DNA of 63,777 nt, counting the filler. It is 4 parts of 4 records of this genome, joined end to end, with 100 filler letters (N's around TTAATTAATTAA, not from the genome) between each part and the next. Parts side by side here need not be neighbours in the genome. Positions count along the whole stretch, not along the records: positions 1 to 23,178 come from SRR22947727_2582; positions 23,279 to 41,248 come from SRR22947727_2586; 2 more parts are not named here. One strand, 5' to 3'. The notes under the pieces are model-generated. The model had not been told where the DNA came from. It saw nothing but the letters and a program-made list of their open reading frames with translations, and did not search any database. A program made the position numbers and the translations under genes. Position 1 is the stretch's first letter; every line of letters starts with the position of its first letter. Shown here piece by piece: positions 18,348 to 27,974 of the stretch.

Positions 18348-20063
18348 TTACTTTTCGTCGCTTGTGTCTTTCTTGGCAAGAGCCGCACCAAGGATATCAC
18401 CAAGGCTGGCACCGCTGTCTGATGAGCCAAATTCGGCCATGGCCTGCTTTTCTTCGGCAGATTCGCGTGCCTTGATCGACAGTGACAATTTGCGGGTTTT
18501 CTTGTCAACACTGGTGACGATGGCGTCAACTTTTTCACCAACGGCAAACCGGTCAGCGCGCTGTTCAGCACGATCACGGCTAAGATCAGTCCGGCGGATA
18601 AAGCCAGTCATGTTCTCACCGATGGTGACGTCGATGCCGTTGTCTGTTACCGCGCTAACGGTACAGGTTACGACTTCGCCTTTGCGATAGGCATCAGCCT
18701 GACCAGCAAATGGATCGTCAGTTAGCTGTTTGATGCCAAGTGAGATACGCTCTTTGTTGACGTCGATATCAAGGACTTTCGCCTTAACCATATCGCCTTT
18801 GGCAAAGCCTTCAAGGGCTTCTTCGCCAGCGTTGTCCCAGCTGATATCTGACAGGTGAACAAGACCGTCAATATCGTCATTCAGGCCAACAAACAGACCA
18901 AATTCGGTGATGTTCCGGATTTCGCCTTCGATCTCGGTGCCAACTGGATAGGTGGCGCTAAGGTCTTCCCAAGGATTGGTTGTGCATTGCTTGAGGCCAA
19001 GTGAAATACGGCGCTTTGACAGATCAACGTCAAGAACCATAACTTCGACTTGCTGGCTGGTCGAAACGATTTTGCCAGGATGAACATTCTTCTTTGTCCA
19101 ACTCATCTCAGATACATGGACAAGACCTTCGACACCGGCTTCCAGCTCAACAAATGCGCCGTAATCGGTGATATTGGTAACGCGGCCTTCCATTTTCGCC
19201 CCAATTGGGAATTTGCCTTCGACATTTTCCCATGGATCCGACAGAAGCTGCTTCATGCCAAGGGAGATACGCTGGGTTTCAGAATTAAAGCGAATGACCT
19301 GAACTTCGACAGTTTCACCAATTTGCAGGGCTTCAGATGGATGGCTGATGCGCTGCCATGCAATATCGGTCACATGCAACAGGCCGTCAACACCGCCAAG
19401 ATCGACAAAGGCGCCGTAATCGGTGATGTTCTTGACCACACCCTGAAGAACCTGACCTTCTTGCAGATTAGAGACAAGCTCTGATCTTGCTTCGGCGCGA
19501 GACTCTTCCAGAACGGCGCGGCGTGAAACAACAATATTGCCACGACGACGGTCGATTTTCAGAATTTGGAATGGCTGTGGTGTTCCCATCAATGGGCCAA
19601 GATCGCGAACAGGGCGAATATCGACCTGACTTCCCGGCAAAAAGGCTGTTGCCCCTGACAGATCGACAGTGAAACCGCCTTTGACCTTGCCAAAGATAAC
19701 GCCGGTAACGCGCTCTTGCTTTTCAAATGATGCTTCGAGAACACCCCATGCTTCTTCGCGGCGGGCTTTGTCGCGGCTTAATACGGCCTGACCATTACGG
19801 TCTTCCATACGTTCGACATAAACCTCAACCTCATCGCCGATTGAAACATCGGCTTGTTGTCCGGGGGTGGCAAGTTCCTTCAGCGGAACGCGGCCTTCAG
19901 ATTTCAGGCCGACATCAATGATGACAGCGTCACCCTCGATGCCGATAACAAAGCCGCGGACAACACTGCCCTCAACATTCGTGCCTTCACCAAAGCTTTC
20001 AGCTAAAAGATCGGCAAAGTTTTCAGTGGCAGCGTCGGCTGCCAAATTCGTTGTAGATGTCAA
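18348..20063 (-). CDS. rpsA: 30S ribosomal protein S1
   Basis: Repeated S1 domains (NITDYGAFV, GLLHVTDI, GLVHVSEM); TTG start after GGAG. Confidence 0.98.
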   Translation of the reverse strand: MTSTTNLAADAATENFADLLAESFGEGTNVEGSVVRGFVIGIEGDAVIIDVGLKSEGRVPLKELATPGQQADVSIGDEVEVYVERMEDRNGQAVLSRDKARREEAWGVLEASFEKQERVTGVIFGKVKGGFTVDLSGATAFLPGSQVDIRPVRDLGPLMGTPQPFQILKIDRRRGNIVVSRRAVLEESRAEARSELVSNLQEGQVLQGVVKNITDYGAFVDLGGVDGLLHVTDIAWQRISHPSEALQIGETVEVQVIRFNSETQRISLGMKQLLSDPWENVEGKFPIGAKMEGRVTNITDYGAFVELEAGVEGLVHVSEMSWTKKNVHPGKIVSTSQQVEVMVLDVDLSKRRISLGLKQCTTNPWEDLSATYPVGTEIEGEIRNITEFGLFVGLNDDIDGLVHLSDISWDNAGEEALEGFAKGDMVKAKVLDIDVNKERISLGIKQLTDDPFAGQADAYRKGEVVTCTVSAVTDNGIDVTIGENMTGFIRRTDLSRDRAEQRADRFAVGEKVDAIVTSVDKKTRKLSLSIKARESAEEKQAMAEFGSSDSGASLGDILGAALAKKDTSDEK

Positions 20064-20308
20064 AAAAATCTCCGTTTTGTCGCTATTTCGGTTGGGGGTG
20101 AAAAACCGCCCGAATCAGGATCGAAATATCTGTGCCTCAGCCGGCATGAGGGCCGCATTGAACGAACGATAACCAGAATATATTTGCCCTATTTTGGTAA
20201 TATAGCTTGGCTCCAAGCGGGTTTTTTGGCGACCAGTTTGTTTCGCCGGCAGTCAGTTAATCAAAAATATGAACCGGAAATGTTCGTATGGTCTCCGGTT
20301 CGGGCTCA

Positions 20309-20953
20309 TTATTCTGATGGGTCAACACGAGCAATATGTGACAGGGCTAGAGCCAGAACCGCCGCCGCATCCGTGTTGGATGTGTCGATGGTAATTGCGT
20401 CATCTGCGGCCTTTAATGGAGCCACCGATCTAGTCCGGTCACGATCATCACGCGCCTTCATATCCGCCAGAACGTCGCGGAATATAGCCGATTGTCCTGC
20501 CTGAAGCAACTCTTTGGTGCGGCGCTCGGCGCGAATATCAAGATCGGCATCAATGAAGAATTTTATATCGGCGTCCGGAAGCACGATCGTGCCAATGTCA
20601 CGACCATCAAGAACCGCTCCTTTGCCCGATGGTGGTGCCGTGGCAAAGGATCGCTGAAGCGCCAGCAATTCAGCCCGAACGGGGCTAATGGCGGCCACGA
20701 TTGACGCAAGGGCGGCAACGTTATCGGTGCGTATTTCAGCCGTTTGCGTTAGCGAAAGATCAAGTTCTGACGCAGAATTAACAGCCTGTTTTTCATCAAT
20801 ATTATTGCTATTTACGCCAGCTTTTAACAGGCTAAGGGCAACCGCACGATACAGCGCCCCCGTATCCAGATAATCATAGCCGAATTCCGCTGCCACCCGT
20901 TTGGCAAGCGTGCCTTTGCCGCTGGCTGCCGACCCATCAATGGCGATAATCAC
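20309..20953 (-). CDS. cmk: Cytidylate kinase
   Basis: IAIDGSAASGKGT, LDTGALYRA, DGRDIGT and RDDRDRTR motifs. Confidence 0.97.
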   Translation of the reverse strand: MIIAIDGSAASGKGTLAKRVAAEFGYDYLDTGALYRAVALSLLKAGVNSNNIDEKQAVNSASELDLSLTQTAEIRTDNVAALASIVAAISPVRAELLALQRSFATAPPSGKGAVLDGRDIGTIVLPDADIKFFIDADLDIRAERRTKELLQAGQSAIFRDVLADMKARDDRDRTRSVAPLKAADDAITIDTSNTDAAAVLALALSHIARVDPSE

Positions 20954-22293
20954 GTTGCGGTTCCGTCAATGATGCTGGCACCAAGCTGGTTCATGCCGCT
21001 GGCAAATCCGGGAAAGCTTGTTTCGATGGTGGCACAGCCGGTTACAGTGATTGGTTGTTCGGCAACAAGGCCAAGCGTCAGAAATGACATGGCGATTCGG
21101 TGATCATGCTGCGCTGAAAGGGTTGCCCCGCCAGTTATGGTGCTGGTGGAAACGCGCATCGAATCATCATCATAATCAACGGTGACACCGCATGCGGCAA
21201 GGCCATCAGCCATCACCTTGATACGGTCGGTTTCCTTGACGCGCAACTCGGCAACGCCAAGCATCTCGGTTGTGCCGCTAGCGGTTGCTGCGGCGACTGA
21301 TAGAATTGGAAATTCATCAATCATCGAGGCCGCACGTTCGGCCGGAACGGTGATGCCTTTCAACTGACTATGCCGGATACGCAAATCAGCAACGGCTTCG
21401 CCGCCTTCAATCCGATCATTGCTTTTGACAATATCGCCGCCCATTTCGATAAGGGTTGTCAAAAGACCGGTTCGAAGCGGGTTCATGCCAATGCCAACAA
21501 GCGTGATATCGCTTTGCGGGGTAATCAGCGCCGCAACAATGGCAAACGCGGCAGAAGATGGATCGCTTGGCACGATGATATCGGCGGCGCGAAGGGTTGC
21601 TTCACCTGCAAGCGTAACATGATGCGCCCCATCGGCGTCGATATGCTGCTGAACCGATGCGCCAAAATGTCGAAGCATTGATTCGCTGTGATCGCGTGAT
21701 GCGTGCGGTTCGATGATATTTGTGGTGCCACGCGCGTTCAACCCGGCAAGCAAGATCGCTGATTTGATTTGTGCCGAAGCCACTTTTGAGCGATGGCTTA
21801 ACGCCATTGGATTTGCCGCTCCCTTGATGGTGACGGGCAGCAAGCCACCATCACGGCAGGTAACATCAGCACCCATTTCGGCAAGCGGATCGGTAATCCG
21901 CGCCATTGGCCGCACGCTTAGCGAGGCATCGCCACAGAATGTTGCCGTGATGTTCTGACCGGCAACAACCCCCATCAATAGGCGCACACCAGTTCCCGAA
22001 TTGCCAAGATCAAGCGGTGTCACAGGTGATATCATGCCATGCAAGCCAACGCCGGTAATATGCCAAACCCGGTCGGCGTCACGCTGGATGCTGGCTCCAA
22101 GCGCCACAAGTGCGTCTTTGGTTGACATAACATCAGCGCCCTCAAGAAGGCCGCGAACTTTGGTTGTGCCAATCGAAAGACTGCCGAAAATCAGTGAACG
22201 ATGCGAAATTGATTTATCACCCGGAATGGGCATGACACCCACAAGCGGACCGGCTTTTCGCGAAACAAGTTGATCATGCGGATGAGGTGACAT
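20950..22293 (-). CDS. aroA: EPSP synthase (class II)
   Basis: PGDKSISHR, LGNSGT, ASAQIKSA, RDHSE, ELRVKETDR and DHRIAMSF motifs. Confidence 0.98.
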   Translation of the reverse strand: MSPHPHDQLVSRKAGPLVGVMPIPGDKSISHRSLIFGSLSIGTTKVRGLLEGADVMSTKDALVALGASIQRDADRVWHITGVGLHGMISPVTPLDLGNSGTGVRLLMGVVAGQNITATFCGDASLSVRPMARITDPLAEMGADVTCRDGGLLPVTIKGAANPMALSHRSKVASAQIKSAILLAGLNARGTTNIIEPHASRDHSESMLRHFGASVQQHIDADGAHHVTLAGEATLRAADIIVPSDPSSAAFAIVAALITPQSDITLVGIGMNPLRTGLLTTLIEMGGDIVKSNDRIEGGEAVADLRIRHSQLKGITVPAERAASMIDEFPILSVAAATASGTTEMLGVAELRVKETDRIKVMADGLAACGVTVDYDDDSMRVSTSTITGGATLSAQHDHRIAMSFLTLGLVAEQPITVTGCATIETSFPGFASGMNQLGASIIDGTAT

Positions 22294-22547
22294 CAAAAGG
22301 CCTTTTACTATTTGCTGACGGGCGGTTTTGCCCGGTTAATTTCGGTAACGGCAGCTTGTAACATTTTTCTTGTGTGCTAGGCAATTAGCGCCATGAAAAT
22401 GCCAAATCCTTTTGATCGCAAGCCAGCGTGAAAATAAAAGTTGGAAACCGGAAGAAAATTATTTTGACAGCTTGCAAAATTTGTTTCAAATCCCCTAAAG
22501 ATGAATGGTCCTTATTTTTGACGGTTAAGTACAGGGGATTTAAAAGA

Positions 22548-22934
22548 ATGGCAAAGGTTGAGCTTGGCTTGAAGCGTACCTGTCTATCATGTGATATGCG
22601 CTTTTATGATTTTAAACGCAGTCCCATTATTTGTCCGGGCTGCGGCACAGAATTTGATCCGGAAAATCTGTTTAAAGGCCGTAAAAGCCGGGCTGAACCG
22701 AAAAGCGCGGCGAAGGCAGATGTTTCTGATGATGCTGATGATCTGGATGAAACAGATTTTGACGATGAAGACATTGATGTTGCTGTCACTAAAGACGATG
22801 TTGATGACGATGATATAGATTTTGACGAAGATGATGTTGATGTTGATGATACGGACGGTCCGGGCATCATCCAGGACGATATCACCGACGGTGATGAATT
22901 ATTGCCCAACCTAGATAATAAGGATGATCAATAA
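22548..22934 (+). CDS. TIGR02300/FYDLN-acid family protein
   Basis: MAKVELGLKRTCLSC..RFYDF....ICPGCG plus an Asp-rich tail; divergent from aroA as in many alphaproteobacteria; start at 22548. Confidence 0.9.
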   Translation: MAKVELGLKRTCLSCDMRFYDFKRSPIICPGCGTEFDPENLFKGRKSRAEPKSAAKADVSDDADDLDETDFDDEDIDVAVTKDDVDDDDIDFDEDDVDVDDTDGPGIIQDDITDGDELLPNLDNKDDQ

Positions 22935-22969
22935 GCATCTTGTCTGCTTGTTGTTGGCAAATCTGATTA

Positions 22970-23006
22970 GTTTGGCGGCGGTGGCATAAAAAACCCGCCG
23001 CCAGAC
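22970..23006. terminator. GC-rich hairpin after the TIGR02300 gene
   Basis: GTTTGGCGGCGG ... CCGCCGCCAGAC stem; no clear U-tract on the plus strand. Confidence 0.45.
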
Positions 23007-23141
23007 AAAAATTTGCTTGCACAGGGTGTCGCCCCTGCGATACACATCCCTCGCAGTGTTTCGGCATTGCACGAATTGGAACCGAATTGGCGTTATGGCG
23101 TTGCCCCGAAATGGGCTTTGCAGGGCTGGACACGGTAACAA

Positions 23142-23178
23142 GGGGCTATAGCTCAGCTGGGAGAGCGCTACAATGGCA
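23142..23178 (+). tRNA. tRNA-Ala(GGC), 5' half, truncated by the contig end
   Basis: GGGGCTATAGCTCAGCTGGGAGAGCG-CTACA-ATGGCA: Ala acceptor/D-arm, anticodon GGC. Confidence 0.9.
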
Positions 23179-23278
23179 NNNNNNNNNNNNNNNNNNNNNN
23201 NNNNNNNNNNNNNNNNNNNNNNTTAATTAATTAANNNNNNNNNNNNNNNNNNNNNNNNNNNNNNNNNNNNNNNNNNNN
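23179..23278. other. Artificial contig spacer
   Basis: N44 + TTAATTAATTAA (stops in all six frames) + N44. Confidence 0.99.
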
Positions 23279-23301
23279 TATCGAGAGCGAATCGCGGGAT
23301 C

Positions 23302-23329
23302 TTGACCGCCATCCGATTCGGCATACGTT
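23302..23329 (+). promoter_or_regulatory. Candidate sigma70 promoter for trpG/pabA (near-leaderless)
   Basis: TTGACC-N16-TACGTT, ending 9 nt before the ATG at 23339. Confidence 0.5.
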
Positions 23330-23338
23330 CGCGCTATC

Positions 23339-23902
23339 ATGCTTTTGGTCATCGATAACTACGATTCATTCACCTACAACCTCGTCCAATATTTCGGCGA
23401 GCTGGGGGCTGAAATGAAGATTTTTCGGAACGATAAAATCACCATTAATGAAATCCGTGATCTGGCTCCCGAGCGCATTTGCGTTTCTCCCGGCCCGAAA
23501 ACGCCAAGCGAAGCAGGGATCAGCTGCGACGTGATTCGCGAATTTGGTGAGACGACCCCTATTCTTGGCGTGTGCCTTGGGCATCAGAGCATCGGACAGG
23601 TCTACGGCGGGGATGTCATTCGTGCTGACCGCCTCATGCACGGAAAGACGTCACCAATCCACCATGATAACAAAGGCGTTTTTGCCGGGCTGGATAATCC
23701 GTTTGAAGCCACCCGCTATCATTCTTTGATCGTGAAACGCGAGACGCTTCCCGATTGCCTCGAAATCGTGGCCGAAACTGCTGAAAAAGAAATCATGGGC
23801 TTGCGGCATCGCGAATTTCCGATTCACGGCCTGCAGTTTCATCCGGAATCGATTCTGACGGGCTCGGGAAAACAACTGCTTCAGAATTTCCTGGAACTGT
23901 AA
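23339..23902 (+). CDS. Aminodeoxychorismate/anthranilate synthase component II (glutamine amidotransferase, TrpG/PabA)
   Basis: [27 protein letters not shown] and QFHPESI motifs. Confidence 0.95.
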   Translation: MLLVIDNYDSFTYNLVQYFGELGAEMKIFRNDKITINEIRDLAPERICVSPGPKTPSEAGISCDVIREFGETTPILGVCLGHQSIGQVYGGDVIRADRLMHGKTSPIHHDNKGVFAGLDNPFEATRYHSLIVKRETLPDCLEIVAETAEKEIMGLRHREFPIHGLQFHPESILTGSGKQLLQNFLEL

Positions 23903-23925
23903 TTAGGCGCCGACAATATTTAGAA

Positions 23926-24246
23926 ATGAGCACATCACACCTCACCACATCTCCAGCAAACGACCCGTGCGAATTTTCCGCAGCAGATCTCGATGGCAAA
24001 AAACTGCACTGGAAATTGCAATCACTGTTCGATGTTTCAGAAGCACCGGACAGCATGATGTTTGCCGATGATGCGGGCGATGGGAAAGTGAGCGTGGCGT
24101 TGCGGGATTCGGTCGAAAGCGAACATCGTGACTCCGACGGAAAGCCAGTGATGATTGATGTGCTGGGTATTTGGCTCACCCCCGAAAGCCTTGGACTGTT
24201 GAAAAGATGCACCACCAGCGAGGCTGATTTCGAAGCGATTGCTTAA
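23926..24246 (+). CDS. Hypothetical acidic protein (106 aa)
   Basis: ATG ORF filling the gap between trpG and a bidirectional terminator; no motif recognised. Confidence 0.6.
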   Translation: MSTSHLTTSPANDPCEFSAADLDGKKLHWKLQSLFDVSEAPDSMMFADDAGDGKVSVALRDSVESEHRDSDGKPVMIDVLGIWLTPESLGLLKRCTTSEADFEAIA

Positions 24247-24257
24247 TTTTTGACAAC

Positions 24258-24293
24258 AAAAAACCCGCATCGGCAGAACCGAAGCGGGTTTTT
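24258..24293. terminator. Bidirectional intrinsic terminator
   Basis: A6-CCCGC...GCGGG-T5 between convergent genes. Confidence 0.85.
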
Positions 24294-24321
24294 GAAAGAG
24301 TAACTTTAGATTCTACGAGGT

Positions 24322-24768
24322 TCAGCCTTGTGGAATTTGCAGCGTCTGGCCGAGTCCGATCGTTGTTCCAGAGATCCCATTGGCGCTTTGAATCGCCGTA
24401 ACCGAAGTTCCATAGCGACGGCTCAGGCCGTAAAGTGTGTCACCCTTTTGAACGGTGTGCGATGTGCCGCCACCAGAGTAGCTGTTTGCCGCATACGTAT
24501 CGTTGTATGCAGGTGCGGCTGAAGCAGCAGGTGCTGGCGGCGTGTAGCTGTTATCCGTGTAAGTAGGGTAATTGCTTGCCGGAGCCGCTGGCGCAGCGGG
24601 TGCCGCCGGAGTTGCTGCGTCCGTCCCGTAAGTCGAGCTTTGCGGCCCGTAGTAGGGATTGTCCTGGTAAGGATTGTTGTTTGCTACTTTGTCTTTACCG
24701 CAAGAAACGGCGAGCAAACCAGCAGCAGCTGGGAGAATGAGTCGAAGAGTGGAGGTCGTGAGTTTCAT
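24322..24768 (-). CDS. LysM-domain lipoprotein
   Basis: Lipobox LLAVS-C, Pro/Ala/Tyr-rich linker, C-terminal LysM HTVQKGDTLYGLSRRYG...GQTLQIP. Confidence 0.9.
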   Translation of the reverse strand: MKLTTSTLRLILPAAAGLLAVSCGKDKVANNNPYQDNPYYGPQSSTYGTDAATPAAPAAPAAPASNYPTYTDNSYTPPAPAASAAPAYNDTYAANSYSGGGTSHTVQKGDTLYGLSRRYGTSVTAIQSANGISGTTIGLGQTLQIPQG

Positions 24769-24980
24769 AGCCTTGGATAGTTAATCTTGAAATACCTTTA
24801 AGGCTTCTTAACTAAATTGCAATAAGTTTTTAAAACTTTTCAGAATTTCTCTGCTTTTTTGACATTTCAGGTCGATTTACGTTCAAATTTTTTAGGGTTT
24901 TGCTTTCGCCAAACTTTGCCTTGCTTCGATCTAACCTGCGTATAAGGCTGGACGAAACACCGAATCACTTTCTTAGAACA

Positions 24981-26519
24981 ATGAGTATTACTCGTGCCCT
25001 TATCTCCGTTTCCGACAAGACAGGCCTTGAGGCGTTAGCCAAAGGTCTTCACAAGCACAACGTCGAAATCCTTTCGACTGGCGGCACCGCTAAATTCATC
25101 GCCGAGATGAATATTCCGGTGATTGAAGTGTCTGATTTCACTGGATTCCCTGAGCTTTTTGAAGGCCGGGTGAAGACGCTGCATCCAAAGGTTCATGGAG
25201 GACTTTTGTATCGTCGCGATGTTGAAGAGCATGTTCAGCAAGCAAAAGACAACGATGTTCAACCTATCGATTTGGTGGTCGTAAACCTTTACCCTTTTGA
25301 AGAAACCGTTGCTAAAGAAGGAGTCACTAGCGAGGAAGCCATCGAAAAAATTGACATCGGAGGCCCTTCAATGCTTCGTTCAGCGGCAAAAAATCACGGA
25401 GCAGTGACCGTGGTAGCTGATCCAAAGGACTACGAAATCGTTCTCGCTGAAATGGACGAACACAAAGGCGATACCACACTTAAAACCCGTGAACGTCTCG
25501 CTATCAAAGTTTTCCAACGCACGTCCGAATATGATCGGGCAATTGCTTCGTATTTGAATGAAGAGCAAGAAACTGAGGCAAGCTACTCAATTAGCCTCCC
25601 ACTCGCTCAGGAACTCCGCTACGGCGAGAATCCACACCAAAACGCGGCGCTTTACGGAAATTTTGGTGACTACTTCAAGCAGCTTCAGGGCAAAGGCCTT
25701 AGCTACACAAACGTCATTGATATCGGCGGCGCGGCTGAGTTGGTTCTCGAATTCCGCCGTCCAGCGGTCGCTATTTTGAAACACACCAACCCATGTGGCG
25801 TTGGCGTGGATGACGATAGCCTTCGCGGAGCTTGGGACAAAGCTTTCGAAACCGACAAACAAGCTCCCTTTGGTGGGGTCATCGTTTGCAACCGCCCGCT
25901 GGATATTGGTTTGGCACGCGTGATTTCCGGGATTTTCACCGACGTGATTATTGCGCCTGACTTCGATACCGACGCTCGCGCCTTGCTTCAGAAGAAGAAA
26001 AACCTTCGTCTCATTCAAATGAACGAGGCCTTCCGCGACACCTTGGACGATCCAATCATTGCCTCAGCCCCCGGTGGCTTGCTGGTCATGGATCACGACA
26101 AAGAAGCGCTCGGACTCGACAATATCGAAAAACGTGTCGTTACCAGCCGACCGCCGACCGCGGATGAAATCGAAGCCATGCGTTTCGGTTGGCGCGTCGT
26201 GAAGCACGTGAAGTCCAACGCCATCGTTTTTGCAGGAAAAGACCGCACACTCGGAATCGGAGCTGGCCAAATGTCCCGCGTCGACTCCTGTCGCCTCGCT
26301 GTTTGGAAAGCCGAGCAAGCAGGACTCAGCCTGAAAGGCAGTGTTGTTGCCAGTGACGCCCTTTTCCCCTTCGCCGACGGATTGGTTTCCGCTATCGAAG
26401 CCGGTGCAACCGCAGCCATTCAGCCGGGCGGATCCATTCGCGACGAAGAAGTCATCAAAGCCGCGAATGAGCATGATGCAGCGATGGTCTTTACTGGGCA
26501 CCGTCATTTCCTGCATTGA
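24981..26519 (+). CDS. purH: Bifunctional AICAR transformylase/IMP cyclohydrolase
   Basis: RALISVSDK, GRVKTLHP, IDIGGP, LRYGENPHQ, KHTNPCG, GAGQMSRVD and SDALFPF motifs; start at 24981. Confidence 0.98.
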   Translation: MSITRALISVSDKTGLEALAKGLHKHNVEILSTGGTAKFIAEMNIPVIEVSDFTGFPELFEGRVKTLHPKVHGGLLYRRDVEEHVQQAKDNDVQPIDLVVVNLYPFEETVAKEGVTSEEAIEKIDIGGPSMLRSAAKNHGAVTVVADPKDYEIVLAEMDEHKGDTTLKTRERLAIKVFQRTSEYDRAIASYLNEEQETEASYSISLPLAQELRYGENPHQNAALYGNFGDYFKQLQGKGLSYTNVIDIGGAAELVLEFRRPAVAILKHTNPCGVGVDDDSLRGAWDKAFETDKQAPFGGVIVCNRPLDIGLARVISGIFTDVIIAPDFDTDARALLQKKKNLRLIQMNEAFRDTLDDPIIASAPGGLLVMDHDKEALGLDNIEKRVVTSRPPTADEIEAMRFGWRVVKHVKSNAIVFAGKDRTLGIGAGQMSRVDSCRLAVWKAEQAGLSLKGSVVASDALFPFADGLVSAIEAGATAAIQPGGSIRDEEVIKAANEHDAAMVFTGHRHFLH

Positions 26520-26774
26520 TAGCTTTATCCGCGGTTCTTTTAGTAGATCCCGATCTGCACGGGGAGAGATCCTCCACGATTTCCGCCCGATCATTGGCGA
26601 GCGCCTCATCAATCAAGCATTTACCGCTTAAGCCGGAATTTGTTATTTTCGGCCGCTAGGACGGAAACTTTTTGAGGTCTTTTCCAGCGCGCATCAGACA
26701 CATCCTTTGCCACTCTTTTCAGTTGCCAAAAGAGGCACCCCCGCCATCTTTGCCAGCGTATTCTTTGCCATTAA

Positions 26775-27875
26775 ATGAGCGACTTAACCACACCACACGC
26801 ACGACTTCACATTCCGGGTCCGGTTGAAATTTCAGCCGAGACTTATGCTGCCATGGCCACGCCGATGATCGGCCATCGCTCCAAAGATTTCGTTAATCTG
26901 TACGACGATATCCACCCGCGGCTTCAGGAATTGTTCGGCACCACAACTCAGCCAGTATTTCTCTCCACATCATCCGCTTGGGGGGTGATGGAAGGGGCGC
27001 TTCGCAATCTCGCGGGCCACAAAAAAGTGCTCTGCTGCTGTTCCGGCGCGTTTTCTGATAAGTGGGTCGACGTGGCTCGTCGCTGCGGCCTCGATGCTGA
27101 AGCGCTTCAATACGATTGGGGAACTCCAGTGAATCCGGCTGACGTGAAGGAAAAACTCGATACTGGTGAATTCGACGTCGTAACATTCATTCACAATGAA
27201 ACTTCAACCGGCGTGATGAATCCCCTCGCTGAAGTTGCCGAAGTTGTCCGCAGCTATGGCGACGACATCATGCTCGTTACCGACACCGTTTCCAGTTTCT
27301 CCGTCGTGCCGATGAAATTCGACGAACTTGGAGTCGACGTCATGCTTTTGGGAACTCAGAAAGCGCTCGCGCTTCCTCCTGGCCTCGCGTTGTTCAGCGT
27401 TTCAGAGCGGGCTTTTGCTCGTGCCGAGACGGTTGAAGGTCGCGGTTACTATTTCGATTTCCTTGAATTCAAAAAGAATCAGGAGAAGTCCATGACGCCG
27501 AGCACCCCTTGTATCCACACGATTTACGGTCTTCACCACCAGCTGGATAATATTTTCGCTGAAGGACTCGAAGCTCGCTTTGCCCGTCACGAAAAACTGA
27601 ATGGAATGGTGCACGCCTGGATCGATTCTAAGGGATTAGATTACCTCGCCCCAGAAGGTTTCCGCTCGAAATCACTGACCTGTATTTCGAACAACAAGGA
27701 AATCGACGTCGCCAAGCTGCAGGGAATCATGCGCGACGAGCACTCCATCGCTCTCGACGGCGGCTACGGAAAAGTGAAAGGCAAAACCTTCCGCATTTCC
27801 AACATGGGCGACGAAAACGAGACCACAATCAACACGCTGTTGGCTGCCCTCGACGACTCGCTTGAGAAGCTCTGA
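26775..27875 (+). CDS. Class V aminotransferase (alanine/serine-glyoxylate type)
   Basis: HIPGPV, HRS, HNETSTGV, DTVSS, GTQKALALPPGL (PLP lysine) and FRISNMG motifs. Confidence 0.9.
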   Translation: MSDLTTPHARLHIPGPVEISAETYAAMATPMIGHRSKDFVNLYDDIHPRLQELFGTTTQPVFLSTSSAWGVMEGALRNLAGHKKVLCCCSGAFSDKWVDVARRCGLDAEALQYDWGTPVNPADVKEKLDTGEFDVVTFIHNETSTGVMNPLAEVAEVVRSYGDDIMLVTDTVSSFSVVPMKFDELGVDVMLLGTQKALALPPGLALFSVSERAFARAETVEGRGYYFDFLEFKKNQEKSMTPSTPCIHTIYGLHHQLDNIFAEGLEARFARHEKLNGMVHAWIDSKGLDYLAPEGFRSKSLTCISNNKEIDVAKLQGIMRDEHSIALDGGYGKVKGKTFRISNMGDENETTINTLLAALDDSLEKL

Positions 27876-27974
27876 TTTAATAACTCAGCTGGTTGATCAA
27901 ACACTTGGCTGAAAGTTGCTTTTGGCACGATTACGCCGACGACGAATTTGTCCAAAACTGGCATTCTAAAGCCT

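Noticed and set aside
14614-23902. Extended trp cluster linking trpFBA with trpG
   Set aside because: The genes are on different contigs separated by an artificial spacer and belong to different lineages.
24769-24980. ZTP (pfl) riboswitch upstream of purH
   Set aside because: The region is AT-rich divergent promoter space; no ZTP aptamer elements (GCC..CUGGGC pseudoknot) were recognised.
27923-27940. Sigma54 promoter TGGCACGATTACGC before the propeller gene
   Set aside because: GG-to-GC spacing is 9 rather than 10, and the TTGC element is absent.
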